DNA of 64,000 nucleotides, from assembly GCA_051439605.1 (NCBI GenBank), contig JBFRWN010000044.1:32001-96000 (forward strand), written 5' to 3'. Both the position numbers and the translations under genes were made by a program. The stretch comes from Synechococcus sp. Its GTDB lineage: Bacteria; Cyanobacteriota; Cyanobacteriia; Thermostichales; PCC-7336. This document shows, one piece after another, positions 19,276-29,784 of the stretch. Every line of letters starts with the position of its first letter. Position 1 is the stretch's first letter. Under the pieces are notes generated by a model, which was not told the origin of the DNA, ran no database searches, and saw nothing but the letters and a program-made list of their open reading frames with translations.

Positions 19276-20397
19276 ATGGCATCAGAGGGATCCTCTCAGA
19301 AAGAATTAGCCATTGAGCTCCTGGTATTTGTCGATCGACGAGCCGGTACCAGAGAACTGATTCGCTGTATTCGACAGCAGCTTGACGCTTTAGCAGGGAC
19401 CTATCCCGCACAGCTTGATGTGGTGGAGTTAGCAGAGCGACCCTATCTTGCAGAGCATTACAAGTTAGTGGCGACCCCAGCTCTTGTGAAGACCCATCCG
19501 CAACCCTCTCAGGTATTGGCAGGAAAAGATTTAGTTTCGCAACTAGAGATTTGGTGGCCCCGCTGGCAAGGGCAGTTAGAGACCCAGCTTCAGGGGGAGC
19601 AAGAGCTGGAGGAAGCCTACCATCCCTCCGAACAGACGGCGGAGCTATTGAGGCTATCTGACGAAATCTTTAAGTTGCGCCAAAAGGAGGCGGAGTTACA
19701 GGAGCAATTGTTATTTAAGGACCGCATTTTGGCGATGCTGGCTCACGATCTGCGTAATCCTCTAGCCGCAACGTCCCTTGCCCTAGAAACGCTGGAGCAA
19801 AATCGAGCCAGGCTGAAGCCGGAGACGGTTAAACAAATGTATAACCACGCCCGCAATCAGACCCGCCTGATGGACAGCATGATTGAGGATATTTTGGAGG
19901 CAGCCCGCGGCACGGCTTCAGAGTTGACTTTGAGCACTCGAGAATTTGAGTTTGCAGCTTTGTGTCGAGATGTTATTTCCGAAGTCGCCACAAGAGCCTC
20001 AGCCAAGGAGCTGACCCTAGAGACAGATATTCCTGAAGTACTCCCCACAGTGCACGCCGATCCAGACAAGATTCGCCAAGTTCTCATGAACCTCCTCGAT
20101 AACGCCATCAAGTACACCCCAACTAACGGGGTGATTCGCGTTACTGCGCTGCACCGTACCCGTCAAAAAGTAGAGGTCATCATTGAGGATACTGGACCAG
20201 GCATTCCTCAAGAGGCAAAGGAGAGAGTGTTTAGCGACACAGTCCGTCTATCGCGCGATCTTGACCGTGATGGATACGGCATTGGTTTATCTCTTTGTCA
20301 ACGCATCATTCGCGGTCATTACGGCAGGATATGGGTGGATTCAGAGCCTGGAGAGGGAAGCAGTTTCCATTTCACATTACCCATCTACCAGATGTAA
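19276..20397 (+). CDS. sasA: Clock-output sensor histidine kinase SasA
   Basis: N-terminal KaiB-like domain (LLVFVD, PYLAEHYKLVATPALVK, WWPRWQ), HisKA (AHDLRNPL) and HATPase (NLLDNAIKY, DTGPGI, GYGIGL). Confidence 0.95.
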   Translation: MASEGSSQKELAIELLVFVDRRAGTRELIRCIRQQLDALAGTYPAQLDVVELAERPYLAEHYKLVATPALVKTHPQPSQVLAGKDLVSQLEIWWPRWQGQLETQLQGEQELEEAYHPSEQTAELLRLSDEIFKLRQKEAELQEQLLFKDRILAMLAHDLRNPLAATSLALETLEQNRARLKPETVKQMYNHARNQTRLMDSMIEDILEAARGTASELTLSTREFEFAALCRDVISEVATRASAKELTLETDIPEVLPTVHADPDKIRQVLMNLLDNAIKYTPTNGVIRVTALHRTRQKVEVIIEDTGPGIPQEAKERVFSDTVRLSRDLDRDGYGIGLSLCQRIIRGHYGRIWVDSEPGEGSSFHFTLPIYQM

Positions 20398-20543
20398 GCC
20401 CCTGAAAATCGGTCCTTTGTATCGTTAGTACAGTTTAGGGAAAGACAACTTAAAATTTCCCTAAATGTCTCAATGTGTACTTGTACCTATCGGGATCTTA
20501 AGATAACTTAACTAGTAGAAATATATTGCAACGGGTGAACCGC

Positions 20544-21899
20544 ATGGCAATCAAGGGTACAACAAAGCACCGAGTGGCCATTATTGGTGGCGGTTTTGGC
20601 GGCTTATCCGCTGCTCAAGCTTTAGGTAACGCTCCTGTTGAAGTCACCCTGATTGACAAGCGAAATTTTCATCTCTTCCAACCTCTTCTTTATCAGGTTG
20701 CGACTGGAAACGTTTCCCCTGCCGATATCTCGGCCCCTTTGCGTTCGGTCCTGAGCAAAAATTCAAACACGACTGTTCTGTTAGACGAGGCCATCGGCCT
20801 CGATCCAGATGCTCAGCAAATCGAGCTCCGGGACGGTACTGTCTCTTACGATACTTTAGTGATTGCTACGGGGTCTAGCCACCACTATTTCGGCAACGAC
20901 CAGTGGAGTGACATGGCTCCTGGTTTGAAGACTGTTGAGGATGCACTCAGCATTCGCGGACGTGTGTTTGCTGCTTTTGAGGCGGCTGAAAAAGAAGTCG
21001 ATGAAGAACGTCGCCGCACCCTACTGACCTTTGTCATCGTCGGTGCAGGACCCACGGGTGTCGAACTCGCTGGGGCGATCGCCGAGCTGGCCTATGTCAC
21101 GATGAAGGAAGACTTTCGCAATATTGATACTTCAGAAGCCCAAATTCTTTTGTTAGAGGGGGCCGATCGCGTCTTACCACCATTCAGCTCCGAATCATCC
21201 ACTGAAGCTGCTGAAGCTCTGCAGCGCCTAGGGGTTTCGATTCGCACGAAGTCTTTGGTAACAAATATTTCTGACGACAAGATACTGACCGTTAAGTGCG
21301 GTGACGATGTGGAATCATTTAAAGCCGAGACCATTCTGTGGGCGGCGGGTGTTAAAGCTTCCGGACTCGGTAAAGTACTTGCAGAAAAGACGGGCTCAGA
21401 GTTGGATCGTGCCGGTCGAGTCATCGTTAGCAAGGACCTTAGCCTAGAGAACTATCCCAACATTCATATCGTTGGGGACTTGGCCCATTACCTTCAAGAG
21501 GAGCGTCCCTTACCCGGTGTTGCCCCTGTGGCAATGCAGCAAGGAGAATATGTCGCCAAACTGGTACAGAACAAACTCGCTGGCAAGAAGACCGAGCCGT
21601 TTAAGTACGTCGATCGCGGCAGTATGGCCATCATCGGTCAGAATGAAGCTGTGGCGGACATGAAGCTTCTGAACCAAGATTTGAAGCTGAAGGGACCCTT
21701 TGCTTGGCTTGTATGGTTGCTAGCCCATATTTATTATCTGATTGAGTTTGATAGCAAGCTGATAGTGACCATTCAGTGGGTTTGGAACTACTTTACTCGC
21801 AAGCGTGGAGCCCGACTGATTACCGGTGAACCCCCTCAATCGCACTTAACTGTGAGAGTCCCTGATGTTCATGAAGAAAAAGCGTTGCAAGAAGCATAG
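20544..21899 (+). CDS. Type II NAD(P)H:quinone oxidoreductase (NDH-2)
   Basis: Motifs GGGFGG, HLFQPLLYQVATG, VGAGPTGVELAG, WAAGV and APVAMQQG. Confidence 0.93.
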   Translation: MAIKGTTKHRVAIIGGGFGGLSAAQALGNAPVEVTLIDKRNFHLFQPLLYQVATGNVSPADISAPLRSVLSKNSNTTVLLDEAIGLDPDAQQIELRDGTVSYDTLVIATGSSHHYFGNDQWSDMAPGLKTVEDALSIRGRVFAAFEAAEKEVDEERRRTLLTFVIVGAGPTGVELAGAIAELAYVTMKEDFRNIDTSEAQILLLEGADRVLPPFSSESSTEAAEALQRLGVSIRTKSLVTNISDDKILTVKCGDDVESFKAETILWAAGVKASGLGKVLAEKTGSELDRAGRVIVSKDLSLENYPNIHIVGDLAHYLQEERPLPGVAPVAMQQGEYVAKLVQNKLAGKKTEPFKYVDRGSMAIIGQNEAVADMKLLNQDLKLKGPFAWLVWLLAHIYYLIEFDSKLIVTIQWVWNYFTRKRGARLITGEPPQSHLTVRVPDVHEEKALQEA

Positions 21900-21933
21900 G
21901 GTCACACTCTTTCCCCTAATCTAATCTTGACGA

Positions 21934-21958
21934 TTCCCGAAGGTTTTGCCTTCGGGAA
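21934..21958 (+). terminator. Terminator hairpin after the NDH-2 gene
   Basis: Stem TTCCCGAAGG/CCTTCGGGAA followed by CTTTGT. Confidence 0.7.
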
Positions 21959-22126
21959 CTTGTATGTTGAAGAGGGGCGCTTCTATTTGTTAGATATCGG
22001 CTTTGGTCCCGGTAAAGGGTGAACAGGTGTAATATCTCAGATGGTTTGAAGACCGACATTGAGTACCATCCTATTGTCTCGGGAGCAAGGGATTAAGGTA
22101 CGATCGGCGCTGCAGTTGCCTGACGA

Positions 22127-23320
22127 ATGGCGATGGAATCCAAGATATTCGACTCCAATTTAAAAGTTGCAGTAGTTCACGATTGGTTGGTGGACTACTC
22201 GGGCTCAGAGCGAGTGGTAGAGCAACTGTTGAACCTGTTTCCTCAAGCGGAACTCTTTTCAGTAGTGGAAAATTTATCTCCAGAATTGAAAGGATTCATT
22301 CAAAACAAGTCAGTCCAAACGACATTTATTCAAAAACTCCCTTGGGGAAAGCAGAAATATCGACAATACTTACCGCTGATGCCATTGGCGATCGAACAAC
22401 TGGATTTATCATCCTACGACTTGATTCTATCTAGTTCACACGCTGTGTCAAAAGGAGTGCTCACTGGACCCGATCAATGCCATATCAGTTACGTACATTC
22501 ACCTATGCGCTATGCATGGGATCTGCAACATCAATACTTGGCAGAATCAGGTCTCAAGAGGGGAATAAAAAGTTGGTTGGCCAGATATTTTTTGCACAAT
22601 TTGCGCCAGTGGGATCGGCACAGTGCTCTAGGAGTTGACTATTTTGCAGCCAATTCAAAGTTTATTGCCCGACGCATTTGGAAGACCTATCGTAGAAAAG
22701 CTCGAGTAATTTCCCCCCCGGTTAATGTCAATCGGTTTGCCTGTCAGCCCTACTGTAAAGAGGACTTTTATTTAGCTGCCTGCCGCATGGTGCCATACAA
22801 ACGTATGGATCTCATCGTGGAGGCGTTTTCCCAGATGCCCACAAAGCGTTTGGTGGTCATTGGTGATGGACCGGGGTTGGATCGCGTTAAGAGTTTGGCT
22901 ACCTCCAACATCACACTGTTGGGATACCAGCCAGCAGCCAATTTTATTGACTATATGCAGCGGGCGAAAGCCTTTGTATTTGCCGCACAAGAGGATTTTG
23001 GAATTACGCTAGTTGAGGCCCAAGCTTGTGGAACCCCCGTCATTGCTTACGGTGCTGGAGGAGCATTGGAAACGGTGAAGGGGTTAGATTGCGATCGCCC
23101 TACAGGGGTATTTTTTCAGAAACAAACCATTGAAAGTTTGAAATCTGCTATTAACAGATTTGAGAATTCTTTTGCAGAAGTCGATCCAAAACAAATCAGC
23201 CTGAATTGTAGAGAAAACTCCCTACAGTTTAGTACCCAATATTTCCGTGAAAGACTTGCCGACTTCATTCAGGCAAGCTGGGTAGATTTTCAAAGCAACC
23301 TTTTCGCAGGAGGATGCTAG
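22127..23320 (+). CDS. GT4 family glycosyltransferase (WbaZ-like)
   Basis: Motifs VHDWLV..SGSERV, HSPMRYAWD, RMVPYKR and EDFGITLVEAQACG. Confidence 0.92.
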   Translation: MAMESKIFDSNLKVAVVHDWLVDYSGSERVVEQLLNLFPQAELFSVVENLSPELKGFIQNKSVQTTFIQKLPWGKQKYRQYLPLMPLAIEQLDLSSYDLILSSSHAVSKGVLTGPDQCHISYVHSPMRYAWDLQHQYLAESGLKRGIKSWLARYFLHNLRQWDRHSALGVDYFAANSKFIARRIWKTYRRKARVISPPVNVNRFACQPYCKEDFYLAACRMVPYKRMDLIVEAFSQMPTKRLVVIGDGPGLDRVKSLATSNITLLGYQPAANFIDYMQRAKAFVFAAQEDFGITLVEAQACGTPVIAYGAGGALETVKGLDCDRPTGVFFQKQTIESLKSAINRFENSFAEVDPKQISLNCRENSLQFSTQYFRERLADFIQASWVDFQSNLFAGGC

Positions 23321-23397
23321 TGCAAGGGTTTATCAATATCAATGACTTCAATGAATAATTCAAGGAATTGCCTTTCAATTAAATCAGTTGAATCACA

Positions 23398-23973
23398 TCA
23401 GTTAAGGGATTGATGTCGCTGCCGATTGAACCTGTGCCACCAAAAATTTAAGGGTAGATAGACTGCAGGAGCCCATAGACTGGAAATTACTGCCGATTTA
23501 ATCACAATACTTCGATAGCTAAACCAGATAATTTTCAAGGAATTTTCAATCCAGCCAGCCCCTTTCTGATGCCACCCCAAAAACAGCGACCACTGCACAG
23601 CCAAGCAGGTCTCGGCCAGAAGTACCATTCCAAAGACAATCATGGCAACCGTAATAAAGTCTTCTCCGATCGATCGCCGCTTATGGAGTCGCGAGGTCAA
23701 CATTCCCACGAGTCCTAACCCCACAACATGAGATGGATAGCTATTGGTGAGGGAGTCATGCAAAATCCCGACGATCGCTCCGGCCACCGTCCCCTGCCAA
23801 GCAGGACGGTTGAGACTCCAACACACCACCCAGATCAGCGGCCAATCTGGAGCGATCCCTCCTAAAGTCATTCCAGGTAACTGTACCCAGGTCCCAATGA
23901 CACAGACCAACACCGTCAAAGTTGTTACGAACCAGTTAGCCCTTTGAGATAGGGGTATCCTACTTGCTTTCAT
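23398..23973 (-). CDS. mreD: Rod shape-determining protein MreD
   Basis: Hydrophobic protein with PDWPLIWVVCWS and G...D.LT. Overlaps the end of mreC. Confidence 0.9.
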   Translation of the reverse strand: MKASRIPLSQRANWFVTTLTVLVCVIGTWVQLPGMTLGGIAPDWPLIWVVCWSLNRPAWQGTVAGAIVGILHDSLTNSYPSHVVGLGLVGMLTSRLHKRRSIGEDFITVAMIVFGMVLLAETCLAVQWSLFLGWHQKGAGWIENSLKIIWFSYRSIVIKSAVISSLWAPAVYLPLNFWWHRFNRQRHQSLN

Positions 23974-24724
23974 GGTTTAAATCGTGATGGCTGTAAATCA
24001 CCCCCCACTCCAATAGACCGATGGGGGCAGAAAGCTGAACAAAAGCAGTCGGTGCAGGGGTCGCATTCAAATCGATCAACCGCACGTGTCCGATCACAAG
24101 GCCGCCAGGAAAGCGACTACCCAACCCAGAGGAAAGGACCACATCTCCCACTTGAATATCTGGCATACGATCGAAAAACTCTATCCTCGCCAAATCGGAG
24201 CCCAGACCTTGCAAAATTCCCATAGCGCGGCTGCGTCCTAAGATAATCCCCACCCGACTGGTCGGATCGCTAACCAACAAAACCCGGCTCGTATTGGCAG
24301 AGACGCTTTCCACCCGACCCACCAACCCGCCCGGAGCCGTCACCACGTGACCAATCTCAACATTATGGTTGGTCCCTTTGCTTAAGGTCAGGTGCTGCCA
24401 CCAGCGATCGGCTCCGCGAGCCACTACTGCAGCTGGTATAGCTTTATTCCCAAACTCTTGCTTAACCTGTAGCAGCTCCTGAAGCTGATGATTTTGATGT
24501 TTTAACTCCTCGACTTGAGCGCGCAACTCTTGATTGGCGGCAGTGGATAAAGCCATGTCCCCATTGATTTTGGGACGGAACGGGGTCGACAGCAGAGCGT
24601 AGGTTTCCGATAGCAAAGCGCCGTCGGTTTGGTGCAACACAAATGCTCCCCCCACAGCTAAAATCGTGAGGATTGCCGGAGGACCTAACCGTTCCCAGTA
24701 TTTGCGTGCAGCATCAAACGCCAT
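23960..24724 (-). CDS. mreC: Rod shape-determining protein MreC
   Basis: TM segment plus coiled coil, GGLVGRV and SSGLGSRFPGG. Lies between mreB and mreD. Confidence 0.93.
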   Translation of the reverse strand: MAFDAARKYWERLGPPAILTILAVGGAFVLHQTDGALLSETYALLSTPFRPKINGDMALSTAANQELRAQVEELKHQNHQLQELLQVKQEFGNKAIPAAVVARGADRWWQHLTLSKGTNHNVEIGHVVTAPGGLVGRVESVSANTSRVLLVSDPTSRVGIILGRSRAMGILQGLGSDLARIEFFDRMPDIQVGDVVLSSGLGSRFPGGLVIGHVRLIDLNATPAPTAFVQLSAPIGLLEWGVIYSHHDLNHESK

Positions 24725-24864
24725 TGCAACCGAATTGCCTATTAGTTAGAGGTGAGGTCTTACAAGAAGCATTTATCGCCTTTCATTCAAATTGAAGTTT
24801 TCATCAAAGGTCGATCGAACTGTTCCAGAACCAGTGAAAAATAGAAGAAAGAGGGCTCTCAAAT

Positions 24865-25899
24865 CTAGGCCTTGTGGCTGCTGCTGATGACTCGGCCTAA
24901 CTCTTCGAAATTCTCTAGTACTCGTCCTGTACCCAACGCCACGCAACTTAATGGATCTGCGGCAATGTGAACCAAAATCCCGGTTTCGTGGCTAATAAGA
25001 GCATCTAAGCCGCGCAATAGAGCCCCACCACCTGCCAGCATAATGCCGCGGTCAATGATGTCCGCAGCGAGTTCGGGGGGGGTACGCTCCAGGGTGCGCT
25101 TAATGGCCTCGACGATTGCTGAGAGGGGCTCGCTCATGCACTCCCGGATCTCGGGGCTCTTTACCGTCACAGTACGAGGCAAACCCGACAGCAAATGCAA
25201 TCCTCGAACCTCCAGCGATAGCTCCTCATGAGCGGGATAGGCTGAACCAATCCGCATCTTGATTTCCTCGGCCGTTCGCTCGCCAATGACGAGATTATGC
25301 ACTTTCTTCAAATACTGAGCGATCGATTCCGTGAGTTCATCCCCTGCAATCCGGATTGATTCGCTCAAAACCGGCCCGTGCAAACTCAGCACTGCCACCT
25401 CAGTTGTTCCCCCACCAATATCAACAACCATGCTGCCCGTGGCTTCAGTCACCGGCATGCCGGCTCCAATGGCTGCAGCCACAGGTTCATCTACTAGATG
25501 TACTTCTCGTGCGCCTGCCTGAATAGTCGCCTCCATAACCGCCCGTCGCTCGACCCCCGTAACACCGCTGGGGATACCGATCACGATGCGGGGCTTGATT
25601 AGCGATCGTCCTTCATTAACTCGATGGATGAAGTGGTTCAGCATCATCTCCGCAATATCAAAATCGGCAATCACCCCATCCCGCAATGGACGAACAGCCG
25701 AAATATTGAGAGGTGTTCGCCCTAGCATGAGCTTGGCTGCAGCGCCAACCCGCAGCGGAGCTCTAGTTGCTTGGTCAATCGCTACCACCGATGGTTCCGA
25801 CAGGACAATCCCCCTGCCTGCCAGAAAAACCAGCGTGTTTGCCGTACCCAAATCGATTCCCATATCACGGGAAAACCAATCGAAAAGTCCCACAGCCAT
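24865..25899 (-). CDS. mreB: Rod shape-determining protein MreB
   Basis: Motifs GIDLGTANT, EPSVVA, EPVAAAIGAG, DIGGGTTE and LERTPPEL. Confidence 0.98.
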   Translation of the reverse strand: MAVGLFDWFSRDMGIDLGTANTLVFLAGRGIVLSEPSVVAIDQATRAPLRVGAAAKLMLGRTPLNISAVRPLRDGVIADFDIAEMMLNHFIHRVNEGRSLIKPRIVIGIPSGVTGVERRAVMEATIQAGAREVHLVDEPVAAAIGAGMPVTEATGSMVVDIGGGTTEVAVLSLHGPVLSESIRIAGDELTESIAQYLKKVHNLVIGERTAEEIKMRIGSAYPAHEELSLEVRGLHLLSGLPRTVTVKSPEIRECMSEPLSAIVEAIKRTLERTPPELAADIIDRGIMLAGGGALLRGLDALISHETGILVHIAADPLSCVALGTGRVLENFEELGRVISSSHKA

Positions 25900-26421
25900 C
25901 CCCTTATTACAGTCAGGTTGGATCGAGAGTCAGGTGGGGGGAAGAGTTCGCAAACCGTCTTCCCAAAGCGATTACATGCGCCAATCTGAAAATGACCTAC
26001 ACCACCTATAGTGTAATACTAGTAAAAAACGACTTGTAATACACAACAAATTGATTTGAATTCAGTTTACTGCAGGGTGTCTTGCAGCATTTCATTTAGA
26101 AATCTAAGATTTTTCGAATATGAGACCTGCCTTAATGCCACGCCAGCAGAGGCATTTGTACCGTTGCTCAGTCTGAAAGCGTCGGCATCAGATATCTACC
26201 TCCATTGAGTTAGAGGGCAATGCTGTAGCCAACAGATCGTTGAAATTCCCAAAAAGTAGGGAGCAAGATTTAAGAATCCGTTTTGTTAAGGGAACCTTAC
26301 ACCGCTTGGACTTGATGGCAGCAGAGTCAGTCACGGCAACAATAACGATTGGGAACATCTCCATAGATCGCGTCAACCTCATCCAAATTGATGTTACGGA
26401 GGCATTGGATCAATGTTGGCC

Positions 26422-27132
26422 TCAGAACTCACCGTCTAATCCCAGTTCCAAATATTTAGCCTTCACTGTCTGGATATCCTGCCACATCAACCACTTCGGT
26501 CCCCCTTGCTTACGAGAGGAATTGCGCAGTAGATAGGCGGGGTGAAAGATTGGCATCGTTAACCGTCCTTGCCATTCAAACCACTGTCCCCGAATTTTGG
26601 TAATGCCTTGCTTTTCCTTCAAAATGGCTCGCACGGCGGTAGCGCCGGTTAGGAGAATTATCTTTGGGTCGATGATGCGAATTTGCTCTAATAGATAGGG
26701 TTTACAGGCTTCCATCTCAGCTGGTGTAGGGGTTCGATTGCCGGGGGGACGGCATTTGACGACATTACAGATGTAAACGTCTGAAGCCGGGTCTAGCTCC
26801 ACAGACTGTAGGATTTTGTCTAGGAGTTGTCCTGATTTGCCCACAAACGGTAAGCCCTGTTCATCCTCATTTTTCCCTGGTCCCTCTCCAATAATCATCA
26901 GCTTCGCTTGAGGGTTCCCCCTCTGCAAAACAGAATTGGTGCGTCCTGTATGCAATTCGCACCGCTGACACGCAGCACAGTCATGCCCTAACTGTTCCAA
27001 GGTTTTGTAGGTGCCGGGGTGAATCGGAATGCTACTGTCCAGTGGAATGCGGTTGAGATCGACATCGGTGAGAGGGGCGGAGGGAGAGGCTTCGGTGGCA
27101 GCGAATAAAGACGTTTGCAATTCCTCAGACAT
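26422..27132 (-). CDS. Family 4 uracil-DNA glycosylase
   Basis: Motifs C..C..C, GEGPG, PFVG.SG, NVVKCRPP.NR and HPAYLLR. ATG at 27132 is the likely start. Confidence 0.93.
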   Translation of the reverse strand: MSEELQTSLFAATEASPSAPLTDVDLNRIPLDSSIPIHPGTYKTLEQLGHDCAACQRCELHTGRTNSVLQRGNPQAKLMIIGEGPGKNEDEQGLPFVGKSGQLLDKILQSVELDPASDVYICNVVKCRPPGNRTPTPAEMEACKPYLLEQIRIIDPKIILLTGATAVRAILKEKQGITKIRGQWFEWQGRLTMPIFHPAYLLRNSSRKQGGPKWLMWQDIQTVKAKYLELGLDGEF

Positions 27133-27404
27133 GCGGCAGCGGAAAATAGACAGCAGTTGATCTTCATTATGGCGGGGCGATCGCCCTCCCGAGAGAAGAT
27201 AGGATTTTCTCAAGCTCTGGCAAGAGTTCGGCATTCCCCAGGGGCTTCAGTTTTTTGAGGATGAATTAAGCCGCGATCCTGATACGCACTGCCCACTTTC
27301 AGCTGAAGACTGCTGGATAAGCAGACTGGCTTGCGGAAGATGCCGCACACGGGGTGGAGGACACAGCATCCAGCTAAAGCAACTGGTCCTTAACGTCGAT
27401 CGGG

Positions 27405-27429
27405 AAAAAAAAGCCGCCCTTGAGGCGGC
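27405..27429 (-). terminator. Intrinsic terminator of cp12
   Basis: GCCGCC/GGCGGC stem next to an A8 tract on the plus strand, which gives a U tail on the minus strand. Confidence 0.8.
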
Positions 27430-27481
27430 AAGGCTATATTCGCATTAGGAGAGTCAATGACAGCAAAAAACTAGCTGGTCA

Positions 27482-27694
27482 TTAATCTTCGTAAATTAAG
27501 CATTCAGGAGAATCGGGACTTTCTGCGCATAAAACATCAAGACTACTGGGAGGATTTGGCCGGTGGCTACGGGCGGCTAAAACTTCTTCAACCGCATCCC
27601 AAGCGGCTCGGCAATGGGGATCCGTTTCACCATAGGTAGAGCAGATAGAGCGAGCTTGCTCTAGCTCTTGCGTAACTGCATCCGAAAGACTCAT
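27482..27694 (-). CDS. cp12: Calvin cycle regulatory protein CP12
   Basis: N-terminal Cys pair, AAWDAVEE core and C-terminal C-x8-C LIYED. Confidence 0.95.
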   Translation of the reverse strand: MSLSDAVTQELEQARSICSTYGETDPHCRAAWDAVEEVLAARSHRPNPPSSLDVLCAESPDSPECLIYED

Positions 27695-28188
27695 GACATC
27701 TTAGCTCCTGTCGGTCTCAATGCCCTAAGCTTAACCCGCTTGACCCACAAATATGACACGCTTAATAACAGCTACAGATACGAGAAAATCTCGCCTAAAA
27801 AGTAATTTATAGACATATTTTTGTTAAATCACTTTTTCCAGAAATTCCTATAAACATCTCTCCCAAGCCTACTCCCCTAAAATAGTATCGAGAGACACCA
27901 ACCGAATAAACATTCACGTTCTTGGGCGCGGCTACAATTCGTTTTAACTTTACGTTGGGCTGGCACGATCGCCCATTAACCACCGTTCTCTCGTACCTTG
28001 CAGAGCGATTTACTCTACTGAACAGTGGGGCTGCTGGCTAACAGGGGTACTGACTGGAGGAACTTTAGTAACTAGCAGGTCCAAACAGAGGGGTCTGATA
28101 GAGTGGTGAAATCTTCAATTTTGTCTTGGATGGACCTTCGTGGGCATGCTGACATTCTTAGCCTTCACTGACGTACTAGCCCTTCATC

Positions 28189-29721
28189 GTGATTGAAGTC
28201 GAAGTTCACCAACATTTGCGTCGCCTACTGCGACAGCAGCGATCGCCCGATGGGGGAAGGTTTGAAAGCTGGCCCCATCAATTGACGATGGCACGGTTAG
28301 TGGCGCGGGGATTGCGGCTGCAGCGCCATGCCCTCATTCAAGTGCCCACAGGGGACTCTCATCAACTCAGCTACCTGCTGCCGGCATTAATGTGGCCCGG
28401 AGCCACCATCATTTGCGCTCCGCAAAAGGTGCAATCTCAACTAATCTACGGCGGCGTCCCTCAACTGCAGGCCTCCTTAGAATTTCGCAAACCAGTCCTA
28501 CAGGCGAATCATTTCCCCCCTGGGTTTGAGGGGGTTCTATTAGTCGATCCGTTAGTGTGGTTGCGCGATCGCCTAAATCGCTTTCCTGGCCAAGTCCCCC
28601 GCTTCCCCGTTGATATTCCTCTGATTGTGGACAGAGCAGAATACCTCGAAGAGTGGGCTCAGCAAGCGCTCACAGTTTCTCTCACAGGAGATGACTGGCA
28701 TCGATTAGAGCTTGCCCTCCCCCAGTTAGCTGCCTGTATCCGGAAGAGTCGTGTAGCGCTGGTGCAAAAGTTTAGCCGCCGCCCTCTGAACCATTTTTTG
28801 ATGCATGCTGATGAGCGCGCGCTGCTGCAAAAGGTCCTCGAAGCCGTCAGTATCGAGCCAGTCCTATTACCCTCCCCCTGGGCACAACTGCAGCAGTATT
28901 GGCAACAGTCCGATTGGGTATTGTGGGCGGAACGCCCATCAGAGCTGCAAGAATGCAGAATCAACTTCAGTCCCGTTAAACTCGCTCCAATTCTGGAGCA
29001 GCGCCTGTGGCCAACTCAGGCCATCGTGGCCATTGGCGAATCCTTAGACATCGATCGAGATGCCAGAGCGTTTCGGTTGCGGTTGGGGCTTCCCGATTTA
29101 ACCGCTCTTCAATTTCAGCCCGATCGCCAAGACCGAGTAGTAAATCTACATACCCCCAGCCCATTTCCAGCCCCCAACAATCCTCTATTCCGCGATCGCC
29201 TCATCCAAAAACTGAAGCGACTAGTGGGTCATGCAACAAAAGGACCGGTGGTCATCTTGCTCTCCGATCGACCGTTGTTGGCGCAGGTAGGGGCAGCTTT
29301 AGCAGCGGAATTTGGAACCCGAGTCAAGGTGAACGCTCCCTATCAAGTTCGCAGAGGAATTTTGGTCTGTGATTGGCATTTTTGGTTGGAGCATAAGGAT
29401 CGGATGACGACCCCGGCTTTGTTGGCGATCGCCACTTTACCGTTTCCCTCTATGGAAGATCCTCGGGTCGCTGGTCGAGTTAATTATCTAAAGCAATTGC
29501 GGCAGGACTGGTTTAGAGATTACCTGCTGCCTGTTGCCGCAAGTCATCTACAGAGGGCGGTGGGACCTCTACGGGGGACTGATGGACTGGTGGTCATTCT
29601 GGATATCCGCATGCTCGCTCGCAGCTATGGCAAACAATTGCTGGAGAACATGACACCTGCCTTATCTATTTCCGAGAGGGAGGTCGTAGACAAACTTGAA
29701 GCTTATGAAGCTGATTTGTGA
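28189..29721 (+). CDS. Cyanobacterial DinG-like protein with helicase C-terminal domain and degenerate ATPase motifs
   Basis: Motifs MIEVEVHQHLR, WPHQLTMARLVARGL, LPFPSMEDP, DWFR.YLLP and ILD.R...RSYG. Confidence 0.8.
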   Translation: MIEVEVHQHLRRLLRQQRSPDGGRFESWPHQLTMARLVARGLRLQRHALIQVPTGDSHQLSYLLPALMWPGATIICAPQKVQSQLIYGGVPQLQASLEFRKPVLQANHFPPGFEGVLLVDPLVWLRDRLNRFPGQVPRFPVDIPLIVDRAEYLEEWAQQALTVSLTGDDWHRLELALPQLAACIRKSRVALVQKFSRRPLNHFLMHADERALLQKVLEAVSIEPVLLPSPWAQLQQYWQQSDWVLWAERPSELQECRINFSPVKLAPILEQRLWPTQAIVAIGESLDIDRDARAFRLRLGLPDLTALQFQPDRQDRVVNLHTPSPFPAPNNPLFRDRLIQKLKRLVGHATKGPVVILLSDRPLLAQVGAALAAEFGTRVKVNAPYQVRRGILVCDWHFWLEHKDRMTTPALLAIATLPFPSMEDPRVAGRVNYLKQLRQDWFRDYLLPVAASHLQRAVGPLRGTDGLVVILDIRMLARSYGKQLLENMTPALSISEREVVDKLEAYEADL

Positions 29722-29784
29722 GTAAATGCCCAATCTAGAGCTGCGGCTCGCCCAATAATCATCAACTCCAGAACCTGAAACCCG

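Noticed and set aside
26188..26536. Short ORFs between UDG and mreB (64 aa on minus, 98 aa on plus)
   Set aside because: They overlap each other, the plus-strand ORF also overlaps UDG, and neither has recognisable motifs. This is more likely the mreB upstream region.
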